Positions 27,643-36,199 of a DNA stretch of 51,271 nucleotides are shown one piece after another. A model generated the notes under the pieces. The model was not told the origin of the DNA. It searched no databases and was given only the letters and a program-made list of their open reading frames with translations. The stretch's first letter is position 1, and every line of letters begins with the position of its first letter. Position numbers and translations under genes: made by a program. Source of the stretch: a virus (Duplodnaviria > Caudoviricetes); the IMG/VR virus record IMGVR_UViG_3300042325_000241, positions 1 through 51,271 of that record. The stretch is one strand, 5' to 3'.

Positions 27643-29762
27643 GCCTTACTCCATGTTGCAGATAATTGGGCTTCCACTTTAGATCCAACAATACCAAATA
27701 GGACACGATCCATTTGTGTTTCCATCATTTTAACCACCCTATCCATATGAAGTCCCGCCCCTTCGGTAGGGACTTCAACCACCAACTCGTCATGTATGAA
27801 CGCAACCACTGGGTACACTTGTGATACCTCATACAAGGCTAGTTTTGCACCATCGCTAGCTAGTCCCTGGAACTGTGTGTTGCATGATTCTGTGTACTCT
27901 GCTGAACCGCGCACCCTACCTGTTAGTGTGACTACGGTAGAACCAAATAGTCTTCTGCGTAGGTTCTGACTACCTCGTCTAGATCGAATTAAGAAGTCTA
28001 ATCCGTTGTCCCTGTTAACAATGTCTAATGAGTCCCACACATACCTTCTGAAGGTGCTTTGGTAGGCCTTACCCTTAAAGTTCTCCTTCTTCCCCGCAAC
28101 AACATCAGCTATTGCAGAGAATGCAAATATACCTGCACCCTTAATACCAAAACTGTTGCAGATTTCCCCAGGTGTGGACTGAAGGTTGTACGCCATATTG
28201 TTGAGTGTTTGCTGCTCCAAGTACAAAGACAACTCTGGGTAGATCTCTGTGATCATCTTGTTCTTCCACTCTTTAGCCTGGTCTAGTGTCATCTCTACAC
28301 CGTATTGGGCTAGAGAGTAGGCCATGAGTGCCTTAGCTCCCAACCCACCCGGCACACCAAAATTAACTGCTTTAGCTGCCTGTCGGTACTTTGCAAACTT
28401 CTTAGGCTCAGTAGATTTTAACCCCATGAAGGTTTTAAACTCCATGTTTAACAAGCTAGCTGCTGTGTACGCATGTGGGTCAACACCCTCTGCAAAGGTT
28501 TCAGCTAGTCGGCTAAACCCGAACCTAGACTTGCATATTGCTGCTAGACATCGAAGCTCAATAGCGTTGTAATCCGCTATCACAAAGGTGGTGCCATCCC
28601 TAGGCACAAACAGCTTTCTAAACCATTCAGCCTTAGGCATCTGCTGTAGGTTGGGCTTAGAGCATGAGGTGCGCCCAGTACGAACTAATGCCTGGTACTT
28701 AGGGTTCACTGACCCAATCTTAATCTGGTCCACAAAGTTTAACAGGGTAGCTTTGTTAGTCATGTCCTGCCATGCCTGGATGAATGGATGCTTATGCTCA
28801 CTCCAGAAATCACCACTAGTAGTTATCTCCTGTGATTTATCCGTCATGGGAATAGACTTGTTTGGTAAGTTTAGTTCTGCTGCTACACTCAACAGGTAAA
28901 CACGCAGTGCTTTTGAATCTATAGAAGGTACACCTGTTATAGGGTTAACAATTAACTGACCCTTGCGCTTCTTAACCACATCCCGCTTAAACAGGCTAGG
29001 GTAGTGCTCAGTTAGCCAGTTAACCCGATCTTGTATCTGTAGTTTGATTTCAACACCAACTTCTTGCTGTGCTTTCTGGTCTACCTTAATACCAACCTTA
29101 CTACAGTCAGCTAGTGCAATCGCACCCTTGATTTGAGTATGGTGGGTTAGATACCCGAACTCCTCAATGACACAGTTATTATGGCTAGCTAAGTGTTTAG
29201 CCACCGGGTGTAGTTCGTTGTAGAGTTCCCTAGTTGCGCGAGCATCGTGCAGTGCATAGGCTAGGAACTCATCAGGCACTTCCTCTAGTGGTTTCTGGTA
29301 CCATTGGTACCACTCACACTGCAATGCTTTGCTGATGTCTGTGTTCAAGTAGTGTTTGCATAAGTCTAGTAGAGAGGATGGCCTTAATGGCCCATCCTCT
29401 TCTCCATTAGCCAGTCTAATGAGGAAGTCGAGAATCATGGTGTCCCACACACGGTTGTCCTCTACCATCTGTTTCCACACACGGATGTCTTCTACAAAGT
29501 CCAAAGCATGATGTACCACATGGTAATCGAATGCAAAGTTGTGGGCCACTAGGGGGCAACCACTAGCAGCTACCATCTGCACCCATTCAGGCAACTGGTC
29601 AGGGGACACAATGTATGCAGCATGATTAGTCGCAAAGGTGAGTACGATTAGTTCAGGTGTTACACCTGGCTCAATCAACGTGGTTTCAGTGTCGAACGCC
29701 ATTGCACCATCACATGGAACGGGTTGTCCCCTCCATTTATATTTTAGTAATAGTTTGTTCAA
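27639..29762 (-). CDS. Family A DNA polymerase with a 3'-5' exonuclease domain
   Basis: Exo FDTET, HNFAFD, YALHDA; RTGRTSC.KPNLQQMP; motif A DYNAIELR, motif B RQAAKAVNFG, motif C IHDE. Confidence 0.95.
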   Translation of the reverse strand: MNKLLLKYKWRGQPVPCDGAMAFDTETTLIEPGVTPELIVLTFATNHAAYIVSPDQLPEWVQMVAASGCPLVAHNFAFDYHVVHHALDFVEDIRVWKQMVEDNRVWDTMILDFLIRLANGEEDGPLRPSSLLDLCKHYLNTDISKALQCEWYQWYQKPLEEVPDEFLAYALHDARATRELYNELHPVAKHLASHNNCVIEEFGYLTHHTQIKGAIALADCSKVGIKVDQKAQQEVGVEIKLQIQDRVNWLTEHYPSLFKRDVVKKRKGQLIVNPITGVPSIDSKALRVYLLSVAAELNLPNKSIPMTDKSQEITTSGDFWSEHKHPFIQAWQDMTNKATLLNFVDQIKIGSVNPKYQALVRTGRTSCSKPNLQQMPKAEWFRKLFVPRDGTTFVIADYNAIELRCLAAICKSRFGFSRLAETFAEGVDPHAYTAASLLNMEFKTFMGLKSTEPKKFAKYRQAAKAVNFGVPGGLGAKALMAYSLAQYGVEMTLDQAKEWKNKMITEIYPELSLYLEQQTLNNMAYNLQSTPGEICNSFGIKGAGIFAFSAIADVVAGKKENFKGKAYQSTFRRYVWDSLDIVNRDNGLDFLIRSRRGSQNLRRRLFGSTVVTLTGRVRGSAEYTESCNTQFQGLASDGAKLALYEVSQVYPVVAFIHDELVVEVPTEGAGLHMDRVVKMMETQMDRVLFGIVGSKVEAQLSATWSKA

Positions 29763-30087
29763 TGAACGCCTCCCCAGCTAGTTTCTCAACAATGCATGAC
29801 CACAACCACCAAGGTAGTACGACCATGGGATCTTTATTATCTGCCTGGATGTGCAGGATGTCGTTCTGTCCTAGCCAATCGTAAATCTGTTTAAACCCAG
29901 TGGACCTGCATTTCACTTCACCCGTCCACTCGTACACCCCAGCTTGTATTTTTAGATCACCCTTGTAGTTTGCATCAGCACCGCTCAGTGGTACACGGTG
30001 GCAGAATATACCGGGTATTTTCATGTAGCGATGCACAAACTCTCGTTCCCTACGCATACCCTTATCACGGCTAAATTTTCCACTCAT
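29737..30087 (-). CDS. Holliday junction resolvase-like PD-(D/E)xK nuclease
   Basis: SRDKG.RRERE...RVPLSGA...GDL...EVK. Confidence 0.75.
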   Translation of the reverse strand: MSGKFSRDKGMRREREFVHRYMKIPGIFCHRVPLSGADANYKGDLKIQAGVYEWTGEVKCRSTGFKQIYDWLGQNDILHIQADNKDPMVVLPWWLWSCIVEKLAGEAFIEQTITKI

Positions 30088-31799
30088 AGTTCTGACCTGC
30101 CTTTCCAATGGAGTTTAGTGTCTTGCCAATCAGCACCTTCTAGAAACTCAAAAGCCCAGGATGATTGCTTAGGGGCTAGGTTGTTCTTAACCTGACCTAA
30201 TACACGATCACCACTGTCCTCATCGTGCACCATGTAGAGGCACACCCTAGCAGCAGCAACCACCGCGATGCTACCACCACCCTTGTACATCTGGGAAACT
30301 TGAGCACTACCCTTAGTCAGATGTCTAATCATCAACACCGTACAGTTGGTTCTCTCAGCCATCTTCTTTAATGGGGTTAGCATCTGTCTCATAGACTGGT
30401 CTTTGTAACTGTCCACCGTGTCATCTAGGAAGGCTAGTAGTGGGTCAAGTATCACTAGCACAATGCCTAGCTGCTCGATGATGCGCTCTAGTTCAGCTAT
30501 CTGTTTGGGGAATGTTGGGGAATGGTCCCAGAAGTACACCTTGTTTAAATCGGCACCAGCAGCTTTCATCCTAGGTACTGTAATAGAACCTGGGTCATCT
30601 TCTGCACTAAGGAACAACACAGAACCGCAAACAGGTTTATCCGATTCACCTGGGAACGGTGTGCAGGTGGTTAACCTCATGGCTATATCAGCGCACAGTG
30701 TTGACTTACCCAGTGAAGGATCTCCCTCCAACACTACTAGCATACCCTTAGGGAGCCAACCTCTCCACATCCACTCAACTTTTACGGGCTTATATTCAGT
30801 CGCAGGTCTTACATTTGGAATGGATTCATCACTAGGTATGGAACGCAATATTGATATTGGTGAACCCGCTGCAAGGGCATCATCAATGCCCTTATGCGCG
30901 GGGTCCCACACCTCTATTAGTGGTGTAATACCCTCATTCTTTAAAGCGTAGAATAGTTCGGTGAGTGCTGTTTTGACATTGGGGTTAGTCTTCCAGTCGA
31001 TGTCAAACGCAATGTAAACTTCTTTTAATTGGAGTGACCGGGTAACCGGGAGTGCTGACTGCCAGTTAGTAACGCCCGGTACTCCAATTGTTGTGGTGTC
31101 ATCATCTAGACAACACGCAATATCGGCCTTTAATACACCTTCAGTGATCCTAAGTTTCTCTCTACCCACAGCTTGCCATGGTACATGACAACTAACCTTA
31201 GCCTGGGTGTCCCCAGTGAACCAAAGGTATTTAGGATCTCCACCCGTCTTAATCTGGAACCCTGATACCTTACCCTCTAGGCTAACCACTGGCAACAGTA
31301 TTCCAGTTTGGGCCTTAATCCGATACTTACCACTCTTATTTGCAACAAACCCCGGCACACTACCAAGTAGATCCCCATGTTTCTCTTGGAGTTGTAATAC
31401 ACTGCGCTTAGTGGTGGGGTCATTTAAGGAACGGTACCCGCCCAGGTTAACCCACTCCTCACTCAGCCCCCTTGCAACAAGCAAGTTACTATCACTAAGC
31501 GACAGTTTTGATCCTTGTATCAGGTCCTTATATACCTCTCCCCACAGGTCCACATCATCCTCAATAAACAGATCTCTAAAATCTAGATCCATTGCGTGAA
31601 CAATTTCCAATGTCTTGCACCCAGCATGGCAGTGCAACAACACCTGGTTACCCGATTGCCTAATAGAGAGGCTAGGGGATCTGTCCTCATGTGCAGGGCA
31701 GAGGGACTTCCATTCAGTTCCACTGCTCGTCACCTGTTCTAGTTTTTCTAGAATCCCCGAGATGTTTTTTGTTCCACTGTCGTTGCTGTTCAAATACAT
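30084..31799 (-). CDS. Primase-helicase (Zn finger, Toprim/DUF3854, AAA_25 helicase)
   Basis: CPAHEDRSPSL...HCHAGC; ITEGVLKAD, AFDID, KGIDD; Walker A GDPSLGKST; Walker B VILDP. Confidence 0.9.
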   Translation of the reverse strand: MYLNSNDSGTKNISGILEKLEQVTSSGTEWKSLCPAHEDRSPSLSIRQSGNQVLLHCHAGCKTLEIVHAMDLDFRDLFIEDDVDLWGEVYKDLIQGSKLSLSDSNLLVARGLSEEWVNLGGYRSLNDPTTKRSVLQLQEKHGDLLGSVPGFVANKSGKYRIKAQTGILLPVVSLEGKVSGFQIKTGGDPKYLWFTGDTQAKVSCHVPWQAVGREKLRITEGVLKADIACCLDDDTTTIGVPGVTNWQSALPVTRSLQLKEVYIAFDIDWKTNPNVKTALTELFYALKNEGITPLIEVWDPAHKGIDDALAAGSPISILRSIPSDESIPNVRPATEYKPVKVEWMWRGWLPKGMLVVLEGDPSLGKSTLCADIAMRLTTCTPFPGESDKPVCGSVLFLSAEDDPGSITVPRMKAAGADLNKVYFWDHSPTFPKQIAELERIIEQLGIVLVILDPLLAFLDDTVDSYKDQSMRQMLTPLKKMAERTNCTVLMIRHLTKGSAQVSQMYKGGGSIAVVAAARVCLYMVHDEDSGDRVLGQVKNNLAPKQSSWAFEFLEGADWQDTKLHWKGRSEL

Positions 31800-32094
31800 C
31801 TGACATCTCCCCTAAATCTATTTGGTAGCCCGAATGCTTATTGCACTGCCGAGCTAGATGATCTGCTGTTTGTGATAAGTTGCTACTAATGCTGGCAATA
31901 GCCGACCAGTAGGTTACAGCATTCACCAGGAATATATCTGATTTAGCCTTGTCGTATTTTTTGGTGTTCATTCCAAGCTCCTTCTCTAGAGCAGCATAGG
32001 CCTCTAGAGAGTCGGCTTGAATTTTTTTAATACGCTGCGCCCACAATGTGAACGCAGCAGTAAAAACAGCGAACGCTTCCGTGCGATCATCCAT
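31714..32094 (-). CDS. Hypothetical protein
   Basis: 126 aa, TAATG coupling; 3' end overlaps the primase start. Confidence 0.55.
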   Translation of the reverse strand: MDDRTEAFAVFTAAFTLWAQRIKKIQADSLEAYAALEKELGMNTKKYDKAKSDIFLVNAVTYWSAIASISSNLSQTADHLARQCNKHSGYQIDLGEMSDVFEQQRQWNKKHLGDSRKTRTGDEQWN

Positions 32095-32681
32095 TAGTAA
32101 GGTGACCTCTGGTAGGACTTCCCACCCTTAGGAGTTTTAGCAGAAGCAGCTACTTTTTTAGGCGTAGGCTTCGGCTCATCTTCCTCATCCTCATCCGCAA
32201 CCATCGAATTAGATACATTGTTAGCTTCCTCTTGAAGTTTTTGTTGCTCTTTCCTGAACAACAGTCCAAATGTGTGCATGTTCGCTTTGTCAAGTGGTGA
32301 CGCAGCAGGTGCAACTGGGAACATACCCAGTCTTTCACGCATAATACCCTTTTGATCCTCTGCATGTTTGCAACTGATTTTGACCTCAATACCAACTAGG
32401 CCAGATTCACCTTCTTGGTTCATACACAGTCCATCAATGTCATCTGATGTGTAACCTAGAGCAGCTAATGACTTCACTGAGTAGGGAAGAGCTTTCTCAC
32501 TCAGCCAATAAATCACACGCTTAATATCACCATCGCACTCCACTGCCTGACGGTCATTGTCAGTGCCCCTATGTAATCGCACATCTACGACTACTGCGGG
32601 TGTTTTTTTATCCCCAAACTGTGTGAGATCGTGTCCAACGATCTCACCAATGTAACTACCGACTGGAAGTAAACTAGACAT
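32094..32681 (-). CDS. SSB-like OB-fold protein (DUF669-like)
   Basis: LLPVGSYIGEI start, LVGIEVKI, acidic C-terminal region; next to the annealase. Confidence 0.55.
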   Translation of the reverse strand: MSSLLPVGSYIGEIVGHDLTQFGDKKTPAVVVDVRLHRGTDNDRQAVECDGDIKRVIYWLSEKALPYSVKSLAALGYTSDDIDGLCMNQEGESGLVGIEVKISCKHAEDQKGIMRERLGMFPVAPAASPLDKANMHTFGLLFRKEQQKLQEEANNVSNSMVADEDEEDEPKPTPKKVAASAKTPKGGKSYQRSPY

Positions 32682-32682
32682 A

Positions 32683-33411
32683 CTAAGCTCCTTTAGAAGA
32701 ATTGACAAATTGTAACGCTTTTCTAAACTCAACTTCGGTGATAGAATCTATCGATATAATACCCAGGTGCGAACAGAGCTTATTAATCTTGATACCTTTA
32801 TCGCCACACTGTTGAACAAGCTTATAGCGGTCTTCAATACTAACATCTGATGTTCCGCTAAAAGTTTTCTCCGCTGGGGATTCTTCATCTAAAATATCCT
32901 CATTAGAGATAGCTCCACCAAGCTCTTCGGTGGTGTAAAAAGGGAACGCAGTAAGATCTGGACAGTACACCCTTGCACCTGCTGTGATGCATCGTGCAAA
33001 AAGCATAGACTTAGGGTACTTCACCCATACATCCTTCTTCTCCAACCCTGCACGCTTGGCATCTTCCATGGTAAAGCTGTGGTTTCCCACGACCTCCCTA
33101 TCCTCGTAGAAGTCCACCGAACAAGCTAACTGGGTTAGTTCTTTGATGCGGTAGTTGTAACCTGGTCGCGCTTTTTTAATTAACGCAGCTACAAAGTTCG
33201 CACTAAAGGTTGGTGTACCTTGAATCAACTGGATAGCTTTTAGGCTAGCAGCAGCACCTAGACCCAACTCACGACCAACCTGGATACGCACCATGGCACT
33301 AGCAACATCTTTGATGTCCTTATATATGCCTGATTTTACAGCAGCAGTGGCGAATCTTTCCATATCGGAAACATTTGTAAACACCTCAGCTACGGGTAAC
33401 AAATTAGCCAT
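32683..33411 (-). CDS. RecT-like single-strand annealing protein
   Basis: GRELGLG...IQLIQG.P...FTMEDAKRAGL...WVKYPKSMLFAR...YTTEEL. Confidence 0.8.
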   Translation of the reverse strand: MANLLPVAEVFTNVSDMERFATAAVKSGIYKDIKDVASAMVRIQVGRELGLGAAASLKAIQLIQGTPTFSANFVAALIKKARPGYNYRIKELTQLACSVDFYEDREVVGNHSFTMEDAKRAGLEKKDVWVKYPKSMLFARCITAGARVYCPDLTAFPFYTTEELGGAISNEDILDEESPAEKTFSGTSDVSIEDRYKLVQQCGDKGIKINKLCSHLGIISIDSITEVEFRKALQFVNSSKGA

Positions 33412-33706
33412 TATTAACCTCCTCAGTTCTAGGGGCTTCACCCTCTGAAATATACTCACACGAACTATAGTGCAGGAAAACGACCTGCATACTACCTGAC
33501 ACAGTTGAACCTTCTTGAGTTACCACTAGGGGCTGATCAAGTTTTACTAAGTACCCCATCGCGGTGGAGTCACCGTGGTAATAAGGGACTAGGGGTGAAC
33601 AGATCTGCCCGTGGAGAACACTGTCTGGGTGTTCCCCAGACAGTCCCCACACATGCACTTGCGAGTACAAAGGGTAAAACTCGCAGGTGTTCAGAGTCTC
33701 AGACAT
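33404..33706 (-). CDS. Hypothetical protein
   Basis: Likely start ATG 33706 with GGAGG RBS. Confidence 0.5.
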   Translation of the reverse strand: MSETLNTCEFYPLYSQVHVWGLSGEHPDSVLHGQICSPLVPYYHGDSTAMGYLVKLDQPLVVTQEGSTVSGSMQVVFLHYSSCEYISEGEAPRTEEVNNG

Positions 33707-33863
33707 TTTTAAAGTCCTCCCATGTAAGACCATTTGCAGCGATTGCAATCCGTGCTAAAAAATCATCCAATTTTGCAGTTTCCTCAGTGGATAACGGTTC
33801 GTACTCAGGACCGTCATCTTTAAAATCACCCGTGTCAGGTATAGTCTCTTTAATCTTGCTCAT
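33699..33863 (-). CDS. Small hypothetical protein (54 aa)
   Basis: Manual translation MSKIKETIPDTGDF...LTWEDFKNV; RBS AGGAG; TAATG coupling. Confidence 0.6.
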   Translation of the reverse strand: MSKIKETIPDTGDFKDDGPEYEPLSTEETAKLDDFLARIAIAANGLTWEDFKNV

Positions 33864-34066
33864 TAATATTCTCCTTGAAAGTTGTCGTTGTCGTTTGGCG
33901 TATAGTCATCCTCATCCTCTGCGTAGGCATCAGATTTAGATTCTGCTTCCAGTGCATCTTCTGCACTGTCATCTTCAGATTGTTGATAATCTTTTTCGTC
34001 AGACTGATATGCATCCATATCATGGTCATCGTAGGGGTTTGGTTTTTTCCCGAATGGGTTAAACAT
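33863..34066 (-). CDS. Highly acidic small protein
   Basis: 23 of 67 residues are D/E; RBS AAGGAG; first gene of the leftward operon. Confidence 0.65.
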   Translation of the reverse strand: MFNPFGKKPNPYDDHDMDAYQSDEKDYQQSEDDSAEDALEAESKSDAYAEDEDDYTPNDNDNFQGEY

Positions 34067-34265
34067 GCAGCACTCTCCTTGTTTATTGGGTCAACTGGTT
34101 ACAGTTACGATGTAACCACATAGACAAATTTACAAATGTTGCCAGCAGACTGCAAGCCCAATTGACAAATATTTTGCAAATAATTACCGAAAATACATAA
34201 ATACACTTGCAGACAAGGGGTTTTATTTCCTAGAATATTTTTGCTGACTGCCTAAAGGAGTTGAA
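34067..34265. promoter_or_regulatory. Divergent promoter / genetic switch region
   Basis: Intergenic between divergent genes; contains TTGACA and TTGCAG-18-TAGAAT on the plus strand. Confidence 0.5.
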
Positions 34266-34457
34266 ATGGCTGTTAAAAAGAATGACAATGCGGATGAATC
34301 TACTACCACCATGCGTGTAAGTCGTAAAACACTGAGAATGATACAAATTATCGCAGCATGGAAGGATTTGGGTATTAGTGAGTATGTGGACCACCTGGTT
34401 AAAACCCAAGGTGCAAAGGATCTGGACGATATGAAAAAGGGTATAACTAATCTCTAG
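34266..34457 (+). CDS. Ribbon-helix-helix regulator, candidate repressor or excision factor
   Basis: TTMRVSRKTLRMIQIIAAWKDLGISEYVDHLV; RBS AAGGAG; next to attP. Confidence 0.7.
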   Translation: MAVKKNDNADESTTTMRVSRKTLRMIQIIAAWKDLGISEYVDHLVKTQGAKDLDDMKKGITNL

Positions 34458-34464
34458 TATCTAA

Positions 34465-34520
34465 ACTAACTTATAAAAGTGTTTACACTTTTATAAGTTA
34501 GTAGTCTATTTAATAGACTA
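34465..34520. repeat. Adjacent perfect inverted repeats (18-2-18 and 9-1-9)
   Basis: ACTAACTTATAAAAGTGT-TT-ACACTTTTATAAGTTAGT and TAGTCTATT-T-AATAGACTA. Confidence 0.85.
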
Positions 34521-34563
34521 GTGTATATAGTATATTAGTATATATAATAACAAATACCGTGCC

Positions 34564-34587
34564 AAAGTATAGTAAATCCACTATACT
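34564..34587. promoter_or_regulatory. Palindromic arm-type site, left of the att core
   Basis: AAAGTATAGTAA-ATC-CACTATACT; 21/24 identical to 34767-34790. Confidence 0.6.
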
Positions 34588-34667
34588 ATTTAAAATAGTC
34601 CTAAAAAGCATGTTTCCCTAACTACGGAAATGTGTGTTTTCTGGGGCTTTTCGTGCGGTTGTGGTTT

Positions 34668-34714
34668 GCGCTCGTAGCTCAGGGGATAGAGCATCGGTTT
34701 CCTAAATCGAGGGT
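34668..34714 (+). other. Candidate attP core: 5' half of tRNA-Arg(CCU)
   Basis: GCGCTCG-TA-GCTC-AGGGGATA-GAGC-A-TCGGT-TTCCTAA-ATCGA-GGGT gives acceptor 5' strand, D arm and anticodon arm; no T arm or 3' acceptor strand; 33 bp from the integrase stop. Confidence 0.8.
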
Positions 34715-34726
34715 TATCCTCGATTT
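34704..34726. terminator. Hairpin replacing the tRNA T arm
   Basis: AAATCGAGG-GTTAT-CCTCGATTT, perfect 9-bp stem. Confidence 0.55.
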
Positions 34727-34746
34727 TATCCTATAAAACAAGCACT

Positions 34747-35739
34747 TTAGGCTTTTTTGATCTTAGAAAGTATAGTAAGAACACTATACTTTTTTGTAAC
34801 ACTATCGTCTAAAACATAGTGGTCGTAGATCTTTAGGGTGGTCGTTGCGTTAGTGTGGCCCATCCTAGCGGATACCATTCTCAGGTCCGAAGTGCTCCCC
34901 AGCAGGTGTGTTGCACAGGTGTGCCTGAGGTCGTGAATACGCAGTGGTATTTTAAATCTTTTGATAAGTGGTACCCACCACCTTCGCAGGTTGTTGCGTG
35001 CTACCCTAAACCCCAGTGGACTAGTAAATATTGGGGAATTGGGAGAACCCTTTAAACGGTCCAAAATTGCCACTAGGTGATCAGATAGGGTGATAGACCT
35101 GTTTCCCCTAGAAGTCTTAACTGGGACGATTTTAGGCCCCTTCAGTTGATCGTTGTACGCTTTGTTGATATGTACCTTAGGTGCGACATAGTCGGCCCAG
35201 GTTAAACCCAGGGCCTCACCTAGTCTTGCGCCTGTGTCCAGGAGGAATAGCAGTAGTGGTTGGTAGTGGCTACCGTTGTTTAACTCAATGAGTTTAAGTG
35301 TCTGTTCGGGTGTTAGTGCTACACCCCTAGCCCTGGTGATTTTGGGTACGATGCCATAGGGTACGGGAACACCTGCAATCTTGCAGATGGTGATTAAACG
35401 CTTAATTATGCGGTGGGATTTAGAGATGGGAAACATCTTGTTTATTCTAGATACGGTAAGTTGTATATTAGTCTCTGTCATACTGTCACCAGCTAGTGCT
35501 AGACGCAGTGAGTCGATTTCTTGTTTATATCTTCTGAGGCTAGACTCGCGCACATTTCTAGATGTTAAAAACTTGGACAGTGTGTCAGAAAAGAGATGTT
35601 GTTTTTCTGACACGGAGGTCTGAGGCTTCAGGGCCTCAGCCTCCTCCCTGGTGTTGTGGTAGGATCTCACAACCTTGGAGTTTACCTTGTGCTCATACAC
35701 CCATTTGCGTTTAGCCTTGACATAAAATATTGTAGCCAT
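34747..35739 (-). CDS. int: Tyrosine recombinase/integrase
   Basis: TGARLGEALGL (R), VKT (K), HDLRHTCAT (HxxR), MGH, TLKIY (Y); start is ATG 35739 or TTG 35775. Confidence 0.93.
   Translation of the reverse strand: MATIFYVKAKRKWVYEHKVNSKVVRSYHNTREEAEALKPQTSVSEKQHLFSDTLSKFLTSRNVRESSLRRYKQEIDSLRLALAGDSMTETNIQLTVSRINKMFPISKSHRIIKRLITICKIAGVPVPYGIVPKITRARGVALTPEQTLKLIELNNGSHYQPLLLFLLDTGARLGEALGLTWADYVAPKVHINKAYNDQLKGPKIVPVKTSRGNRSITLSDHLVAILDRLKGSPNSPIFTSPLGFRVARNNLRRWWVPLIKRFKIPLRIHDLRHTCATHLLGSTSDLRMVSARMGHTNATTTLKIYDHYVLDDSVTKKYSVLTILSKIKKA
34767..34790. promoter_or_regulatory. Palindromic arm-type site, right of the att core (inside the integrase 3' end)
   Basis: AAAGTATAGTAA-GAA-CACTATACT. 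Confidence 0.6.
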
Positions 35740-35764
35740 ATGTTGGTCATACAATAACTGCCTT

Positions 35765-36199
35765 TCAGAGGTCAAGCCTCATTGTGGTTCCGTTTACATA
35801 GAAACCGAACCCACCATAATACTTTTCTAATGCGGGTGCACAGTCCAGGATGATTTTAAAACACCCCTTATTATGACAATAGTTTATTGCGTGCCTGACT
35901 AAATCTTTCCCTATGCCCTTCTTCCTAAACTCCTCAGCTACTATGAAATCATCTAGGAAGGCATAGGGTTGCCTATAGATCATTTTATCGACTAGCTGCA
36001 CTGTGATGCTGCCCAGTGGCCTACCACAATCACTGAGGTATAAAAAAGTAGGACAGGTCCCCGCAAAGGACCTGTCCAAGTAGCACCGTTTCATCTCTTC
36101 TAGAGTGGTAAAAACTGGTGCGAATTCATTCAGTAAATCCATGTAGTGTTGGTCTAGGTCATGTAGATCGAGCCTTCTGATTTTCGATGTCTTGGACAA
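35765..36199 (-). CDS. GNAT N-acetyltransferase (GNA1-like)
   Basis: LDDFIVAEEFRKKGIGKDLV, GCFKIILDC, YYGGFGF. Confidence 0.85.
   Translation of the reverse strand: MSKTSKIRRLDLHDLDQHYMDLLNEFAPVFTTLEEMKRCYLDRSFAGTCPTFLYLSDCGRPLGSITVQLVDKMIYRQPYAFLDDFIVAEEFRKKGIGKDLVRHAINYCHNKGCFKIILDCAPALEKYYGGFGFYVNGTTMRLDL

Noticed and set aside
27151-29762. 2-aminoadenine (Z) genome system
   Set aside because: DUF5664 and Pol A are present, but no PurZ/adenylosuccinate synthetase-like or HD dATPase gene is recognisable
21526-31799. Inteins or group I introns in terL, Pol A or primase
   Set aside because: Proteins are of normal length with contiguous motifs; no splice motifs or homing endonuclease seen
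34668-34745. Complete phage tRNA-Arg gene
   Set aside because: No T arm (GTTCRA) or complementary 3' acceptor strand follows the anticodon arm
21141-34746. CRISPR or mini-array in intergenic gaps
   Set aside because: Only short palindromes and 10-bp tandem words; no repeat-spacer periodicity seen
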